A DNA stretch of 63,776 bases, filler included, from Nemertoderma westbladi (GCA_032718475.1; 3 parts of 3 records of this genome joined end to end with filler, not necessarily neighbours in it), one strand, 5' to 3'; shown: positions 39,775 to 53,808, counted from the whole stretch's first letter. Translations and numbers: made by a program. The notes: a model not told the origin generated them from the sequence alone.

Positions 39775-42700
39775 TTAATGTTAAAGTAAATAAATATCGT
39801 CCTTTACAATTCGGTTCTCGTAATATTTTGAACTTGGAACCGATCTAATAGCCGTTATACCAGCAACCGTTGAATTACAACTATCTCGACTAGGGATTGG
39901 GACAAAAAACGGTACGCAATTTCTATATCATTAAATAACTAAATAACACTGCATCTGACACACAGTGACACTGGATTTGACAGATATTGAACCCGGGGAG
40001 TATATTCCCCCCGTAACTATACTCGACTGTGTCAAATGATAATAATTTACCAACCTTATAAGAATGCAAGACTGTGATAAGCCATGACTTCGCTTGTATA
40101 TTTAAGTTCAATATTAAAACTTACCTGTTCCCGTTAAGAGGCACAGCCAGCTCACGCGCACGCCAAGAAGGTGGCGATCCAACCATCGTATCATTTAATT
40201 TCACACAGATTTTAAGCCTATAAAAATTGGACTACATTGTCACTTTTTATTTTGACCTACTACGAATCACTGACAATGGGGTTCACGACTCAAATTCAAA
40301 ACCAGACTAATTAGATGCAATAATCGCAGTAATAATAAGATGCAATGATAAGGAGCGTCCGATCGTCAAAGCGTCACTAAATACTAATTAAATTAAAACG
40401 ATATATAATGATACTGCATATTAAAATTATGTCTACATTCTATACAAGCCTCGTTCCACAGTCACATGTAGCGAGTGACCCATAATGATTCCGACTCTAA
40501 TAATTAATAATATTAATAATTACTAATAATTCCGAATACTATACTAATTGCAATTTACTGCTAATCAAAAGAAGAGCAAATGACAATTGTGCTGCCTTGC
40601 TAACTAATTAATATTCTGCAAATGTTGGTGACACATGATTGATTAAATTGAAGACAAGATCGTGAAACTATCATATCTACATCAGATGTAAACCTCGTTG
40701 TACAGAAGGAAAGTGGCATCTGCCAAAGTTAAATAATTCTAAATTTTATTTTCATAATAGTAACAAGTTATAATGTTTTAGTGAGAGTGTTTCTAACCAC
40801 AACAATAAAATGTTTTCTCTTTGTGTCCACTTTCCACTTGAATATTATCCCCGTCTGCAAGGACAGTTCTTCAAGAGGCGACTCAACAAAGTCCTGGGCT
40901 GTCCATCGTGTCTATTCTCGCCATGTGGCCACCAAAGCACAAGATCATGCATGCTCTGTCAGGTCAACATGTCAAAGTAATGTCCTGCAAAGCGGAGACG
41001 GCTCTGTTAAACTGTCAAGCTTTTGGCGAAGCAATATATTGAGATATAAGAGCCCGCGAGACGGGAGACGGCAAAAAGGCCATTTTGCCAAATAATACTA
41101 TTGCTTCAACAATTTTGATTTTATTGAGTTCAAATTTGGTGAATCGGCTTATTTCATGGTTGTAATGCTTTCGAGCAATTTTGGTGGGACCATTTTATAC
41201 AGAAAAGGCCTAAAAGTGCCTTTTTGGGGGCCTTTTCGCTTTAAAATGGCCAGAAAAACAATTTTAGCTAAAATTGCTCGATAGCCTTATAGATAATTTT
41301 CATCATAGCTAAAAATATTACATAGAAATCTATCATTTAGCAATTGTATTCATATCTGTACCTTTTTGGTACAGATGTGGCGCAGCCTTTTTGGTGAAAA
41401 AGGTTTTATGAAAATATCGTGCTGCTCGAAGGTTTGACAATAAACAGACTAGCTTTTACTTTTTGGCTAATAATTCAAGTTTGATATCGCCATTAAATTC
41501 GGCACACAGGTTAGGATTACAAAAAATTGCACAATTTCAAAAATAGGGGGTCGCTACCACCCCCATAGCAACCAGAAGTGGGGATGTTTTCTTAGATGAC
41601 TTCGGTTAGATCTTACATTTGCAATCCTCCAATGGTGTTTGAAGATGTGTGTTCATTGTACTTGGTACATCCCAGCATGTTCTCACATAGAGGAAACTTG
41701 TTCTATGGTTCCACTGCGCTGCTCTAAATAATCTTGAGTTTACAAAATGCCTTCCCCGTGTGTATCTATTTGTATTTGTTTAGAGACATAATCACAGATA
41801 GCAGATGTCATCCGCATGCATGATCACGCATGCCACACTTGGAGCCTATTATCATATGATCAAACTTTTCCTGAGGACTATCCAAGTTATTTGTGGACCA
41901 ACACAACAAGGACCAACACTAGAAACAGCCTGCTCCAACGAGATGAGAAGCCAATACCGCAAACTAATTTTCATATTTATAGCTTAGACTTTCCATTTTT
42001 GAATACAAAATTTCAAAAAAACAAATATACAGTATATACCAAATACAAATCAAAAGCTACCACCAATGTCCAATACAATTTAAATTATAATACGAAATAA
42101 TGTTGCATAAATTACTTCCTACTTCCCTCTTTTGTGACCTGTAAATGATATCATTAAATCTGCTTCCCTATTTTTATATTTCTACAATGGCTAAACAACA
42201 GTGAAGTGATGTTTATCGCAGATGTCTTGCATGATTTAGTAATTTACAAAATGTAGCACTTTACACAATTAGTACTTGCCATTTGGATAGCATTTACTAT
42301 CGAAATATCAATTTCAAGAATATTGATCTTACTACTATTGCATCTCCATGTCCATACATATTTATGACCGTGACTTAAGATTTGGTCTCTACAAGAGATT
42401 GATCAACATTATAGTTTCCTATAACAAGTTGATACAAAGTTCCATAAAGTTGCAGTGGCATAACAAACGAGGCATTAGAATTAAGAATTGCTAAACCTCA
42501 GCATGATGGATGAGTCATACAGGCAACTAATGTTCATAGAACTGTTTAGCTTGTCCATGATCTTGTTCTATTACATGCAGCGAACTGGTTAATGTTGTGG
42601 TTAACCATTGGCATTGGCATTCCTGGAACATCTGCTAAAAAGTCACTAGTCTTAAAAATGCACACGAATTAGGGATTTATATTGCTGATCAGAAACTGTG

Positions 42701-43470
42701 GGGCTATTGCATTTGCACACGTGGTCGCAGTGGATCATAATGCTGTGGGAGTTATATGATCTATATCTATAGTACATAAGTAGTTTGTATTACCGAAACA
42801 AATATACACCATGCCCATGCCCAATGCAATTAAAATTATAATATAAAGAATAATGTTGCACAAATTACTGCCTACATTATATATGCTACACAAAATGATT
42901 TGAAATAATATTATACGGATGTAAGACTAAGTTTTAACCAGTAGCAAGAAATAATGTTGAAGAAAAATATTTTGCCATAAAATCATTTTATCACCGAAAA
43001 TTCATTATGAGTGCTTTACTACATACAAGGACACTACTAACCAAAATTATAATGATAAAGTTAGTAATGATCAATCAAATAGATTATCGTCCTGATACCA
43101 TTATGTCAGTATATTATTGGTTCATGGAATCTTTACTTTGATATACAATAGGTTAAATAAATCATTACCTAAAGTCCTTACTAAGCCTAATAATAAGCTT
43201 CAATTAGTATACATCACAATCAATTATGCCCTCAACTTAATGTTAAATTTCAGAGACATTTTTAGAGATTACAGTTACTTAAATCCCATATCTTATGGTT
43301 AAGTTTCATTGAAACTGTTTGAGCTCAAAGATTTTTCCATTTACCCTATTGGATAAAAGTTGTTGTACATGATAGCAGCTAAAAGCCAACTGCAACGCCC
43401 TATTTGGTGGACAACGGTTTTGACTGCTTATCATATTTTCCATTAAACATTTGGAAGGCGGAAGGATGGT

Positions 43471-43502
<32 letters not shown>

Positions 43503-43555
43503 GTACAGAACCATCCAACGAATAAGTGAGAAGTTGATCTCACACCCTGCCAGTT

Positions 43556-43790
43556 AGGGGGGAAACTGGACGCAATAAAAGTTCATCCCTCTCCAGGGGA
43601 AATTCGACGCAAAGAACAGCTGATTACTCTCAAAAATTAAACTGGATCCTGTTCTATTGTGTTTAGTTTATTGTTTTGGTTAAAATAATGTGCCACTGTA
43701 ACCTGCTCCTTTCCCTAAATTGAGAATTTAACATTGGGGCGGGATATTAATTCGCCAAGGCGGGATTTGCGTCCAGTTCCCCCCCCCCCC
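43556..43790. mobile_element. Small TIR element (MITE)
   Basis: GGGGGGAAACTGGACGCAA ... TTGCGTCCAGTTCCCCCC; internal segment also present at ~37553-37612. Confidence 0.55.
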
Positions 43791-43979
43791 TGTCTCCACC
43801 CTGATGAGTGTTGTCACTCGGACTGGTTTTTGTTGACAACATTAACTTGATATATAATGTTTTTTGATTGTGATTGTATCTTGTATCCTAGAAAACCAAT
43901 GTGCATGAATTAGTCAGCAGTCAATCCACAACTGGCTTGCTGTGATGCAGTGTGCATAAGAATACTATGCCAGCTTGTT

Positions 43980-44450
43980 GACCATTACATATGCCCATGC
44001 CCAGGTCTTCACTTGTTTTCCGGATCCATTATTCCAGGCAGCGGAAGTCAACCACATGCTCAAGAACACCATCCTTAGAATGCTCATATATTCAGACATT
44101 TCCTGAGTACTGTCGAACTTAACTGTAAACATTTTTGTCTATTAGAGTTAACAAATATACTACCTCTGCAAACAACCTGTTCTAATAAGCTGAGGAGCTG
44201 TTGGGTTTGTAATGCTGCTAAGAATGGTGCAAGTGTAAGTGCGTCATCCTGGATGACTCCCCATAACACTTCGAATAGATCTGTGTCACCATTAACATTA
44301 AACATAAATGTTGTCAAACCATGGTTGTATTGCTACAATAATTTCCTCAGGAATCCCATATAATGTAAGTATGCTGAACATAAGTTATCGGGAGACTGAA
44401 TCAAAGGCCTTAAAGAAGTCAACAGTAAGAGTAAGATAACAGTAAGATGT
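43980..44450 (-). pseudogene. Old RTE-type RT fragment
   Basis: Degenerate DFFKAFDS, YGIPEEI, GVIQDD. Confidence 0.65.
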
Positions 44451-44550
44451 NNNNNNNNNNNNNNNNNNNNNNNNNNNNNNNNNNNNNNNNNNNNTTAATT
44501 AATTAANNNNNNNNNNNNNNNNNNNNNNNNNNNNNNNNNNNNNNNNNNNN
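44451..44550. other. Scaffold gap with TTAATTAATTAA linker
   Basis: 44 N + 12-mer + 44 N. Confidence 0.97.
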
Positions 44551-45326
44551 ACAAAACCCTTCCACTCTGTTCCCTAAAGGAATGCCTGTTCACCACCATG
44601 GGTGATCTTCCACAGTAAACCCGTCAACTCTGTTTCCTAAAGGAATGCCTGTTCACCACCATGGGTGATCTTCCACTGTAAACCCTTCCACTCTGTTTCC
44701 TAAACGAATCCATGTTCACCGCCATGGGTGATCTTCCACTGTAAACCCTTCCACTCTGTTTCCTAAAGGAATGCCTGTTCACCACCATGGGTGATCTTCC
44801 ACTGTAAACCCTTCCACTCTGTTTCCTAAACGAATCCATGTTCACCGCCATGGGTGATCTTCCACTGTAAACCCTTCCACTCTGTTCCCTAAAGGAATGC
44901 CTGTTCACCACCATGGGTGATCTTCCACTGTAAACACCTTCCGTTCTGTTTCCTAAATGAATGCCTGTCCACCACCATGGGTGATCTTCCACAGTAAACC
45001 CTTCCACTCTGTAAAGGAATGCCTGTTCACCACCATGGGTGATCTTCCACAGTAAACCCCTCCACTCTGTTTCCTAATGGAATGCCTGTTCACCACCATG
45101 GGTGATCTTCCACTGTAAACCCTTCCACTCTGTTTCCTAAAGGAATGCCTGTTCACCACCATGGGTGATCTTCCACTGTAAACCCTTCCACTCTGTTTCC
45201 TAAAGAAATGACTGTTCACCACCATGGATGATCTTCCACAGTAAACCCTTCCACTCTGTTTCCTAAAGGAATGCCTGTTCACCACCATGGGTGATCTTCC
45301 ACTGTAAACCCTTCCACTCTGTTTCC
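44551..45326. repeat. 63-bp tandem satellite running into the gap
   Basis: CCTTCCACTCTGTTTCCTAAAGGAATGCCTGTTCACCACCATGGGTGATCTTCCACTGTAAAC, about 12 copies. Confidence 0.95.
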
Positions 45327-45494
45327 CAAGTTGCCTTGGTTCCTATTTATCGACCACTGAAGGATGAAAGCCGGGGTTGGGCTAGGCTGCAGCATTTAAA
45401 GCACTGTGCCCAAACAGTGCTGCCCCATCTAGGGATCGAACCAGGGCTCTCTAATCGGAAGGACAGTAATGTCACCACTAGACCAAGCTGCTGC
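45327..45494 (-). mobile_element. tRNA-derived SINE head plus conserved central domain
   Basis: A box TGGTCTAGTGG and B box GGTTCGATCCC, then GCTTTCATCCTTCAGTGGTCGATAAATAGGAACCA, which resembles the Nin/Deu-type SINE core from memory. Confidence 0.75.
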
Positions 45495-45763
45495 TTTAAT
45501 ATTTCATAAATATTAAAGTCTTAAATAACGAGTTAAGAACGTCGATAAGTTGACTTAATCTAACAATATTACCTACATCATTGTATGAACGGGGAACTAT
45601 TCTGCGTTTATGAACCTCGTATATTTATGTAAACCTTCCTCGCTGCGCTCGTTCGTTATATCAATAAACTCGGCTCATAATGCTGAAAAGTGCTACTTTA
45701 ATTTCACACAATGATGTAAATACTTTTAAACCAATTTGAACCGAATTAGTGATTCTCTCGTCA

Positions 45764-47229
45764 TTAAACTTTCGATTCTCGATGTAAATCCTCGAGACGG
45801 ATCCAGAGATCCTCGGCAGGTTTAGTTACCAACCCGTAGACCCGACCCAGATCGCCGTCCCCGGCGTAAACTACACGATAACGACGGAAGAGCGCAGCGA
45901 GCAGACTGAGAATGGAGGAGTAGGCGAACCGGTACCCCGGGCACTTCCTGCGTCCGATTCCGAAGGGCTGGAAGGAGTCGACGGGTTTATCGAACCGCGA
46001 GGGATCGAATCGGTCCGGGTCGGGGAACACCTCGGGGTGCTGCTGCAGCACCCCGAGCGCCTGTATAACGGGTGTGTTCGCGGGGACCCGGTACCCCGCC
46101 AACTCGATGTCCTCCTCTGGGTACCGAGCCGCGAACGGCGCCAACCGACTGCATCGCATCGACTCGTCCACCACCTGGGTCGCGTAGACCAACCGCGGTT
46201 GGGTCTCGTGGTCCACCTCCCCGTTCGGGCCCAGAACCTCGAGGAACTCCGCTCGCAGACGCTCCTGCACCTCCGTGTCCCTAGCAACGTAGTACAGTAC
46301 CCATATCAACGTGGTTAACTCGGTGTGGTAACCCGCTATTATGTAGACCAATCCGTCTTGCTGCATCACATTCGGTTTATCACTAAACTCCTCTGAGAGC
46401 GCATCTATGAAGAGGAACTCGCCCCCCGGTGGGGGATTCCTCTTGCGTTCCTCCAGACATTCACGTATGAGGCCCCGTAACAGGTCCCGGGAGTTATTTA
46501 GCCGTCTCTCCCGTTCCGTATTGGGTTCCACAGGTTCCATACTCTCCATTATCGACCAGCAGACGTCGTAATTGCAGGCGAACAGTCTGAGTTTCTCCGG
46601 GTCCCTCATAACAGGCCCAAAGGAGGTGTGGAGAATCACCTTGATGGAGTAATTCTCCAGCATGGGTTTAATGAGGATGTGTTGGCCCTCTGGAATGTTA
46701 GCTAACGTCTCCAAGAACTCGTTACTCATGTCCTCAAAGATCTCGTAGTAGTGTTTGATGGCGTCGTGTCCGAAGGATCGATCGTATACGGATCTGCGAT
46801 GCTTCCAATCGTCCCCCTCCGCATATTGAATGCAATCTATGCCGATAAGTGGTTCGAAGGCCATAAACAATGGGATGGGCCGCTGGAATAAACGGAGGGT
46901 TTGTTTAAAGAGACGGGGACTTCCGACGCTAACTACACGGTACGGTGCGCGCCCCACCAGAAACGTACTATCTCACCGTATTTGTCGTGCAGTGCCGCGA
47001 GGTACTGATGCATACTTCCCGCCTTGGCCATATCCCCCAGGTTACCCAGTTCCGGGTCGCTGGGTTCATTGACCCCGGGTACTAGACTCAAGGAGTCGCT
47101 ACCAACAGGGATCCAACCCGTCGGTTGGTGGGGCGACTTGGACCAGTTCAAGGCGTCCGCTATGAATACACCGGCAATCAATATCATAACAACAGCCACG
47201 ATCACGTAGGCTATATATAATAACTCCAT
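45764..47229 (-). pseudogene. CYP20: Intronless cytochrome P450, CYP20-like, split by a 5-bp duplication near 46937-46946
   Basis: N-terminal TM helix; GNLGDMAKAGSMHQYLAALHDKYGEIVRFWWG resembles CYP20A1; I-helix AGYHT; ExxR (ESMR); PDRFDPSRF; heme loop FGIGRRKCPG. The two ORFs join if one ACCGT is removed. Confidence 0.88.
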
Positions 47230-48093
47230 TGTATCAAATAATATATCAAATCTATCTATCCTATTATTTATGTCAGTACATCAGTATGTAGATATTATCT
47301 GATTATGAGCAAAATATTGCATTATCCTTCATGGATATATAGTAAAATTTAAAACACACATACATTATTAATAAATATATTTATTAAAAACAAAATGCGA
47401 TATAACTAAGGTTAACCCAGTTTAACGGGGTAAAAACGGATAAAATAATTCTTTCATTTATATATCCTGGTCCGGATTTTTAAGACAGAGGAGGAATAGG
47501 GCAAGTCTGAAGTCCGAGCTGAAGGAGGATATGGCTGAACAGGTTTTCGCGTGGTCTTTATCTACTGCGGGATGACGACAGAGCCAGCATATACATATGT
47601 CTTTCGGGCGCCAACAGTTAGCTGCACAGCAGACTTTCTGGTGGTATCCATTGGATAACATCTGGGCTGCAGCTCTACGATGGAGGCCGGACAGACAGGC
47701 GAGGTCTATCTCACCGTCCGAGACAGAGTTCGGATTATCTGGTTATATTAATGCCTACTGCTGTACTGCCGCGCTGAGGACAAGACATCGTAATCTGCCT
47801 TGTCTTTCTGTATGCGCGGTCAGCACGATAGGTAGATTGCGTGCAAAATTATCTCTCTCTATCATAATATGGATGGTAGATTATAAAATATAAGTCATTA
47901 ATGAAAATTAGAAACAGAATATGGCCGACATTGTGGTCGGCCTATTTTAAGTGCTGTCTTCCAGAGTGCCAGTCTGATGTGGTGATGTATTCACTTAGAG
48001 CGCACACTGGTCGAAGCTGTACAGCGTTGCGATGGGCTGGGTGAGGGCGTGAGGCAGTGCGTCCAGTTCATTCTCATTCGCCGTACGTCGAAT

Positions 48094-48432
48094 TGCCTCC
48101 GAGGATCGCGAGTCAAGTGGCGTTCTGGTCTTGGGTTGGAAGACGGGGCTGGCCTCCGAGGATCGCGAGTCAAGTGGCGTTCTGGTTTTGGGTTGGAAGA
48201 CGGGGCTGGCCTCCGAGGATCGCGAGTCAAGTGGCGTTCTGGTCTTGGGTTGGAAGACGGGGCTGGCCTCCGAGGATCGCGAGTCAAGTGGCGTTCTGGT
48301 CTTGGGTTGGAAGACGGGGCTGGCCTCCGAGGATCGCGTGTCAAGTGGCGTTCTGGTCTTGGGTTGGAAGACGGGGGCTGGCCTCCGAGGATCGCGAGTC
48401 AAGTGGCGTTCTGGTCTTGGGTTGGAAGACGG
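48094..48432. repeat. 57-bp GC-rich tandem repeat (about 6 copies)
   Basis: GCCTCCGAGGATCGCGAGTCAAGTGGCGTTCTGGTCTTGGGTTGGAAGACGGGGCTG. Confidence 0.95.
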
Positions 48433-50082
48433 TAACCTGATCCTTAAAGCCTGGCTGGTATCAAATGCTAAAAGTCCGGAATAGTGAGAACATAATTAGT
48501 TTCAAATAATTATAATATCGTGATAAAACAAATGCGTTTATCGGGTTATATATTTTTAAGGGTAGGCCTTCTTATTGGAATTATCCTTATTACAGTACAT
48601 TAATTGTGTTCTATTTCAACTAAAATTTTCCGTCCCATCTATAATCAGTATTCGCCCGCATCCGCATTAAAGATGCTAAGCAGTTTGTAATAATATAACA
48701 ACTAAAAATCAGATTATCAACAAATTACTATATTATGTCGCTATTTTACCCACGACTCACGAGATTATCTGCCATCATCTATATTAAGTCAATACACCAA
48801 CACCAGTGTTGGCGTGTCACATGCAAGGCGTACTACAGTATATACAAGTAATTTTTTTTTTTAAATTATGTTATAGAACAAATATTTTTTGTTCTAGAAC
48901 ATTTTTTTAGAAAAAAATCTGGATTCTATTTAAAACGAATGGAATCGTTCTAAAACGTGTTTAAAATCAATAAAAAAAAATTGTGAAAAAAAATATAGAA
49001 AAGAAAATTTTTGAAAAAAATTTTTTGAAATAAGTGTGCCCTGGTTGATTCTTACGGTAACTTTGTTCTCCGAGAAAAGAGTTTTCGAATGAGCCCAAAA
49101 CGAACTTCGTACGACGTCTAGAACTGGAAATTATACATTTTGAAGATCTCCGATGACCGATAAGTCTATTCCGTGTAATCCCGCAAAGACCGCAGAGTCG
49201 CTTTAGAGTCCCGTCATTGTTCCGGAGACTTGAAGTTGTTTTATAAACTAACCAGTAAGTCCAATAATCATAAAAAAAAACACAGATATGGGAAAACGGT
49301 TTCCATATTTGGATTCAGCATGAAATTCTGCATCAGATAGGATATGTTCCAAAAATTCGACTTTTTGGTCTGAAAATGCATTCCCCCCCCCCCCCCCACG
49401 ACATCATTGAGGATTTTCGTAGAAGTTACAAAATTCTACAGCGGTACTCGACATTATATGCAAAAGCAACACGATTTTCGATCCCCCAGGGGTTCTAGAA
49501 CGTTTTTACTGACTATTATTCCAATGGAAACAGCCCCGAATTCACGTTATAAAGTGTGCTACCACATATCGTAATGATAATGAAATATTGTTGTGATACC
49601 ATTGCATCAACATCATTCTTAAATTTCTGGTTGTAACTTATATATTTAAAAAAACCATTCCACAATTGCAATTGGTGTATTACTGTAAATCCTCCAGCAA
49701 AAATATATGAGGTGTGACTGAAATGAAAATCGTCATAAAAGTGCGCCATATAAGATGGGGATTTCAGTGATGTAAGTTTAATTGTAATGGAATCATGTAC
49801 ATTTGTTAAATTGAAACAGTTGAATTATTACTAAAATATATTAAAATAATCGGATGGATTGTCTTTTAACCGTTGCTGGGTACAATTATTTAAATAGCTT
49901 ATTTACAGGCCTATTTACGGTTATGGTACTGCAGAACAATATAATAAAATAAATACAGCAAATAAAAAACTGTAAAGTTATTGCTAGACAGCAGCATTAT
50001 AATAATAATGTGAACAATTTGGTAGAAAGTCAAATACCAATATAATCCATACAGTACAACATATAATGTTGGACAAAATAAC

Positions 50083-51996
50083 ATGGAAAATCCACGGATA
50101 TATAAAGAGAGAGAAAATGCAAATATAAGTACGCGTACAGTATATACCAACGTATGGAAAGGCGGACTAGCGCCGATGAAATATCCGGCGAGGAGACAAC
50201 AGGGAGCGAGCCACGTGACGTGGCAAGGATACGAAGGGATTCCGCAAAGCAACGTCAGTTGTAACCCGACGGCGAATGTGCAAGGCAACAGTATAGAACA
50301 ACAAACCATGGAGATGGCTTCACTTATAGAAGCATTAAAGACAAGAATAGAGTTGCCACCGGTTGGACCGTTTAAATTCGACGGGAGATTCGACCACGGG
50401 AATACAATCAGTTTAGAAGAATGTACAGCAATGCGATTTTTACGAAGAGGCTAACACAAGCAGAATGTCTGAAATATCTGCAGATCTTTACGGCGGGACC
50501 AGCATGCGACATAGTGCGGCAACATTAGGGCATGGAAGGAGGATTTCTAGCTGCGTGGGAAGCTTTAGATAACGAGTATGGACATCCGGCAAAAATAATA
50601 CAACAAACATTAAAAACTATAACTACAACATCAGTAGCAGACAGCCCAACTAACATAAAAATATTCGCAAATAAAATAAAGAAAGCACTCATTACATTAA
50701 AAACACTCGATGAGTTAAACTCATCCCAAAATATCAGAATGGTATTAGAGGCGTTACCAAAGTGGATTAGGAATAAGTGGAGAGAAGAAGCTTTCAAAAC
50801 GCGGGCGAGCAAAGGAACGGAACAGGGTCTGGAAGAACTATCAGGATTCTTGAGTCACCAGGCAGAAGTAATAACGGACCCGATATACGGAGAAGAAAAT
50901 CTATTCAAACTCGTAAAAACAGAATATAAGCCACGTGCGGAACACAACACAGGGAATCCGATGCCGAGGAAACAACAATGGCTACCCTATGCATGCATAC
51001 AAAGAGAGAACAACGCCGCGACGAACCAGAGATACCGCAGTAATCCAGTGGATAGAGGCAGAACGTTTCAGAAGAGAACCCAAAGGGGGTATTCAGGAGA
51101 ACACGCGAGAAGCGGAAGTAGACCGGGAAATCAGGGAAGGAGTTTAAGTGCAAACTTCCAGCGGCGAGCCCAAGGAGAGAAATCGAACGAAGATAGACTA
51201 AAAGTACCATACGACCCACAATCGACATGCCAGATACATAGTAAGGAAAACCACAATACAGCGAACTGTACTGAATTGAAGAGTATACCAGCACGCAAGA
51301 GACGAGCTTACACGATATGGCAAAGATTGTGCCATAATTGCATGAAGAGGGGACATAGGGAATATGCGTGCACGTTCGGTAAACGTGGAGGCGGAGACGG
51401 AATAACAACATAGGGATGGCGATGGGTGAAGAGAGAGAACACAATACGGTGTTACTCGAGGTAGTACCCGCGAGGATCAGGGGTGATGGGAATAAATGTA
51501 TGTGCCGGCGCTAATGCTAATAGATAGCGGTGCTGCATTCGCACTCACCGAAACACTAATAGCGGACAAGATAGGATTGAGAACACAACCTAGTGACATT
51601 GGTGTGACAACCATAACTACGAAAGATGAGATAGTGAGAATGATGGTAGGCCGATGTACGATAGAACCCATAACGCATGGATGTGATTTCCCAGAGATCT
51701 GTAATCCTTTAAGGATAGTGCAAACTCTCAACATCAACGCGAGGAGACCAACTAGTATAGAGACGAACATATATAATCACCTTAATGGGATAGACTTCAG
51801 GATACCGTATCTCGATGTACCAATACCAAAAGTGTTCGGGGAGAGAGGTTCCGGCAATCCAGGAAACCAGTGGACGCTAAGTGGACCAGTCAGCGCCAGT
51901 CAGCAATACATCTTTACAATCCGGATGTATGTTGGCGATGACGGCTACAAGGGACGAGAACTCAGAAAGACATTAAAGGGAACTGATCCAAATTGA
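50083..51996 (+). pseudogene. BEL/Pao gag-protease fragment
   Basis: ELPPVGPFKFDG, AWEALDNEYGHP, LEALPKWIRNKW, knuckles CQIHSKENHNTANC and CHNCMKRGHREYAC, protease LIDSGA; frameshifts; no RT follows. Confidence 0.88.
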
Positions 51997-53252
51997 GACA
52001 GGGTATACACTAGAGGGAACGGAACGTGGGCTTGGAGGAGGGCCGGGAGAGAAAGTAAGATTAGTTAGAACTTTGATATGGAACATAATTTAACTACGTA
52101 GTTAGACGCATTAACACAACTGATGTAGGTAGAGCTCAAACTGTAAGAATAAAAATATAATAATCGTATAGTGAATGAATAACACTAATGTTGGATCCAT
52201 TTGTTTTCCCAATTAGCTACGGGGGAGACGAACCAACAATGACAACCAAATAACAAGCAGGTTTGACAGTAATCACATGACCAAAACTAAATTTATACAT
52301 TGGTGCATCAATGATGCGAATATAATTTGGCGTGTGGAAAGGAGAATAAGTGGACGAGGGGAGAGTTTGAGAGAAAATTAAAGTGAGATTACAAAGTGGG
52401 TGTGCGAGAATAAGAATATAGCATGAGTGTAAGAGTCAAATAAAGTGGTACCTTATACGTCTAGTGAGGTGACGAGAGTGAGTAGTGAGTGTACAGAAGG
52501 CAGAATCAAAAGTTTCGTAAGGCCTGGAGGTTGAGTTCGTTAGTACGAGGTGCTGTGCAGGCTGTGTAGAGAGGACAGTGCGGTGGAAAATGGTACCATG
52601 AAATATCAGAGTGAGGAAAACGCAAGTAGGCTCTATTCAGCATTATGATATCGTTTGATGCGGGTATCATAAGGAGGGATCAATATATCCAGAGGTACAG
52701 ACTGCCAGTCTGTACCAGTTATCAACGATCAATATACATATATTATAGTCTACAGAAACATCAAACTCGTTATTCAACCGAATGAACTATCCACACCTGG
52801 CTGGCCGCGTAATCCCGCAAGTTCACGCTTACGGTTCGGCGCGCATTCGCACAACTCCGCTACCGTAACACTAATCACTATGTAATGTCACTATACTGGA
52901 CACATAAAACAAAATTAACGAAAAATGCAAACTAAAAGCAGCAAAAGTGGATGAAATAAGCTAAACAGGCAAAGGCGAATGGTTCAAGAAACAGAATACG
53001 TTTAAATGGAACACGGAACGGGACATTTTCAATATGTAAAAAATAAATTATTAATAGAGCAAATACAAATCTGGAAAATAATATTACTGAGGAATCATGA
53101 ATTGTCTCTAGGACAATAATGTTAAGTACAACAAAATTATAAAGTTGTGAATTATTAAAAATTAATTGGATTAATTTCAACCGCATGAAATTAATCGAAT
53201 TATATGACAGAAGAAGCTCAAAGAATAACAAAATAAACACATTGTTAATGTT

Positions 53253-53533
53253 TTACACTCTATCCTCATCGATAACTTTAATGTTATACGCAACTTCAGT
53301 ATTGGTAGGTTGTTGGATAGAACGCGTGGTTATGTAGAGCGTGATGACGACTACAATACCGACACCATGGACTACAGACAACACCAACAAACAGTACAGT
53401 GTCGTGGTTAAACTATTGTATAAGATAAAGGAAACAGTATCGATACATCCTTCTTGGAAGGCAACATCATTATCGCAGGTAGATACCGAATCAAGGCAAC
53501 ACGACTTCGGAATAACAGCATATCCTGAAGGGC
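53253..53533 (-). CDS. Tetraspanin-like gene, exon 2 (end of EC2, TM4, C-tail)
   Basis: Acceptor TTTTAG|GC in phase 1; encodes GPSGYAVIPKSCC...C...EGC, hydrophobic TM4 and stop at 53253-53255. Confidence 0.8.
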
Positions 53534-53808
53534 CTAAAATTATAAATATAAAGCATCCTGAAGAAAAGGGTAAATATAAAGCACATCTTGAAGGGCCGCC
53601 TAAAAGGGTAAATATAAAGCATATTCTGTAGGCTAAAAGGGCAAATATACAGTCGAACATGTAGGACCAAAAATAATTTATGGTCGACCATAAATTATGA
53701 CGTCATGGAGAACTTCGGAAAAAAATAAATAAAAATTAATTAACTGGCAAAGATCGGCCTGGGTTTTTATTTAGACGAATTACCTAACAGGCAAAGTAGC
53801 AATAAGAC

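Noticed and set aside
45871-47209. Overlapping alternative-frame and antisense ORFs within the P450
   Set aside because: Expected shadow ORFs of a GC-rich coding sequence.
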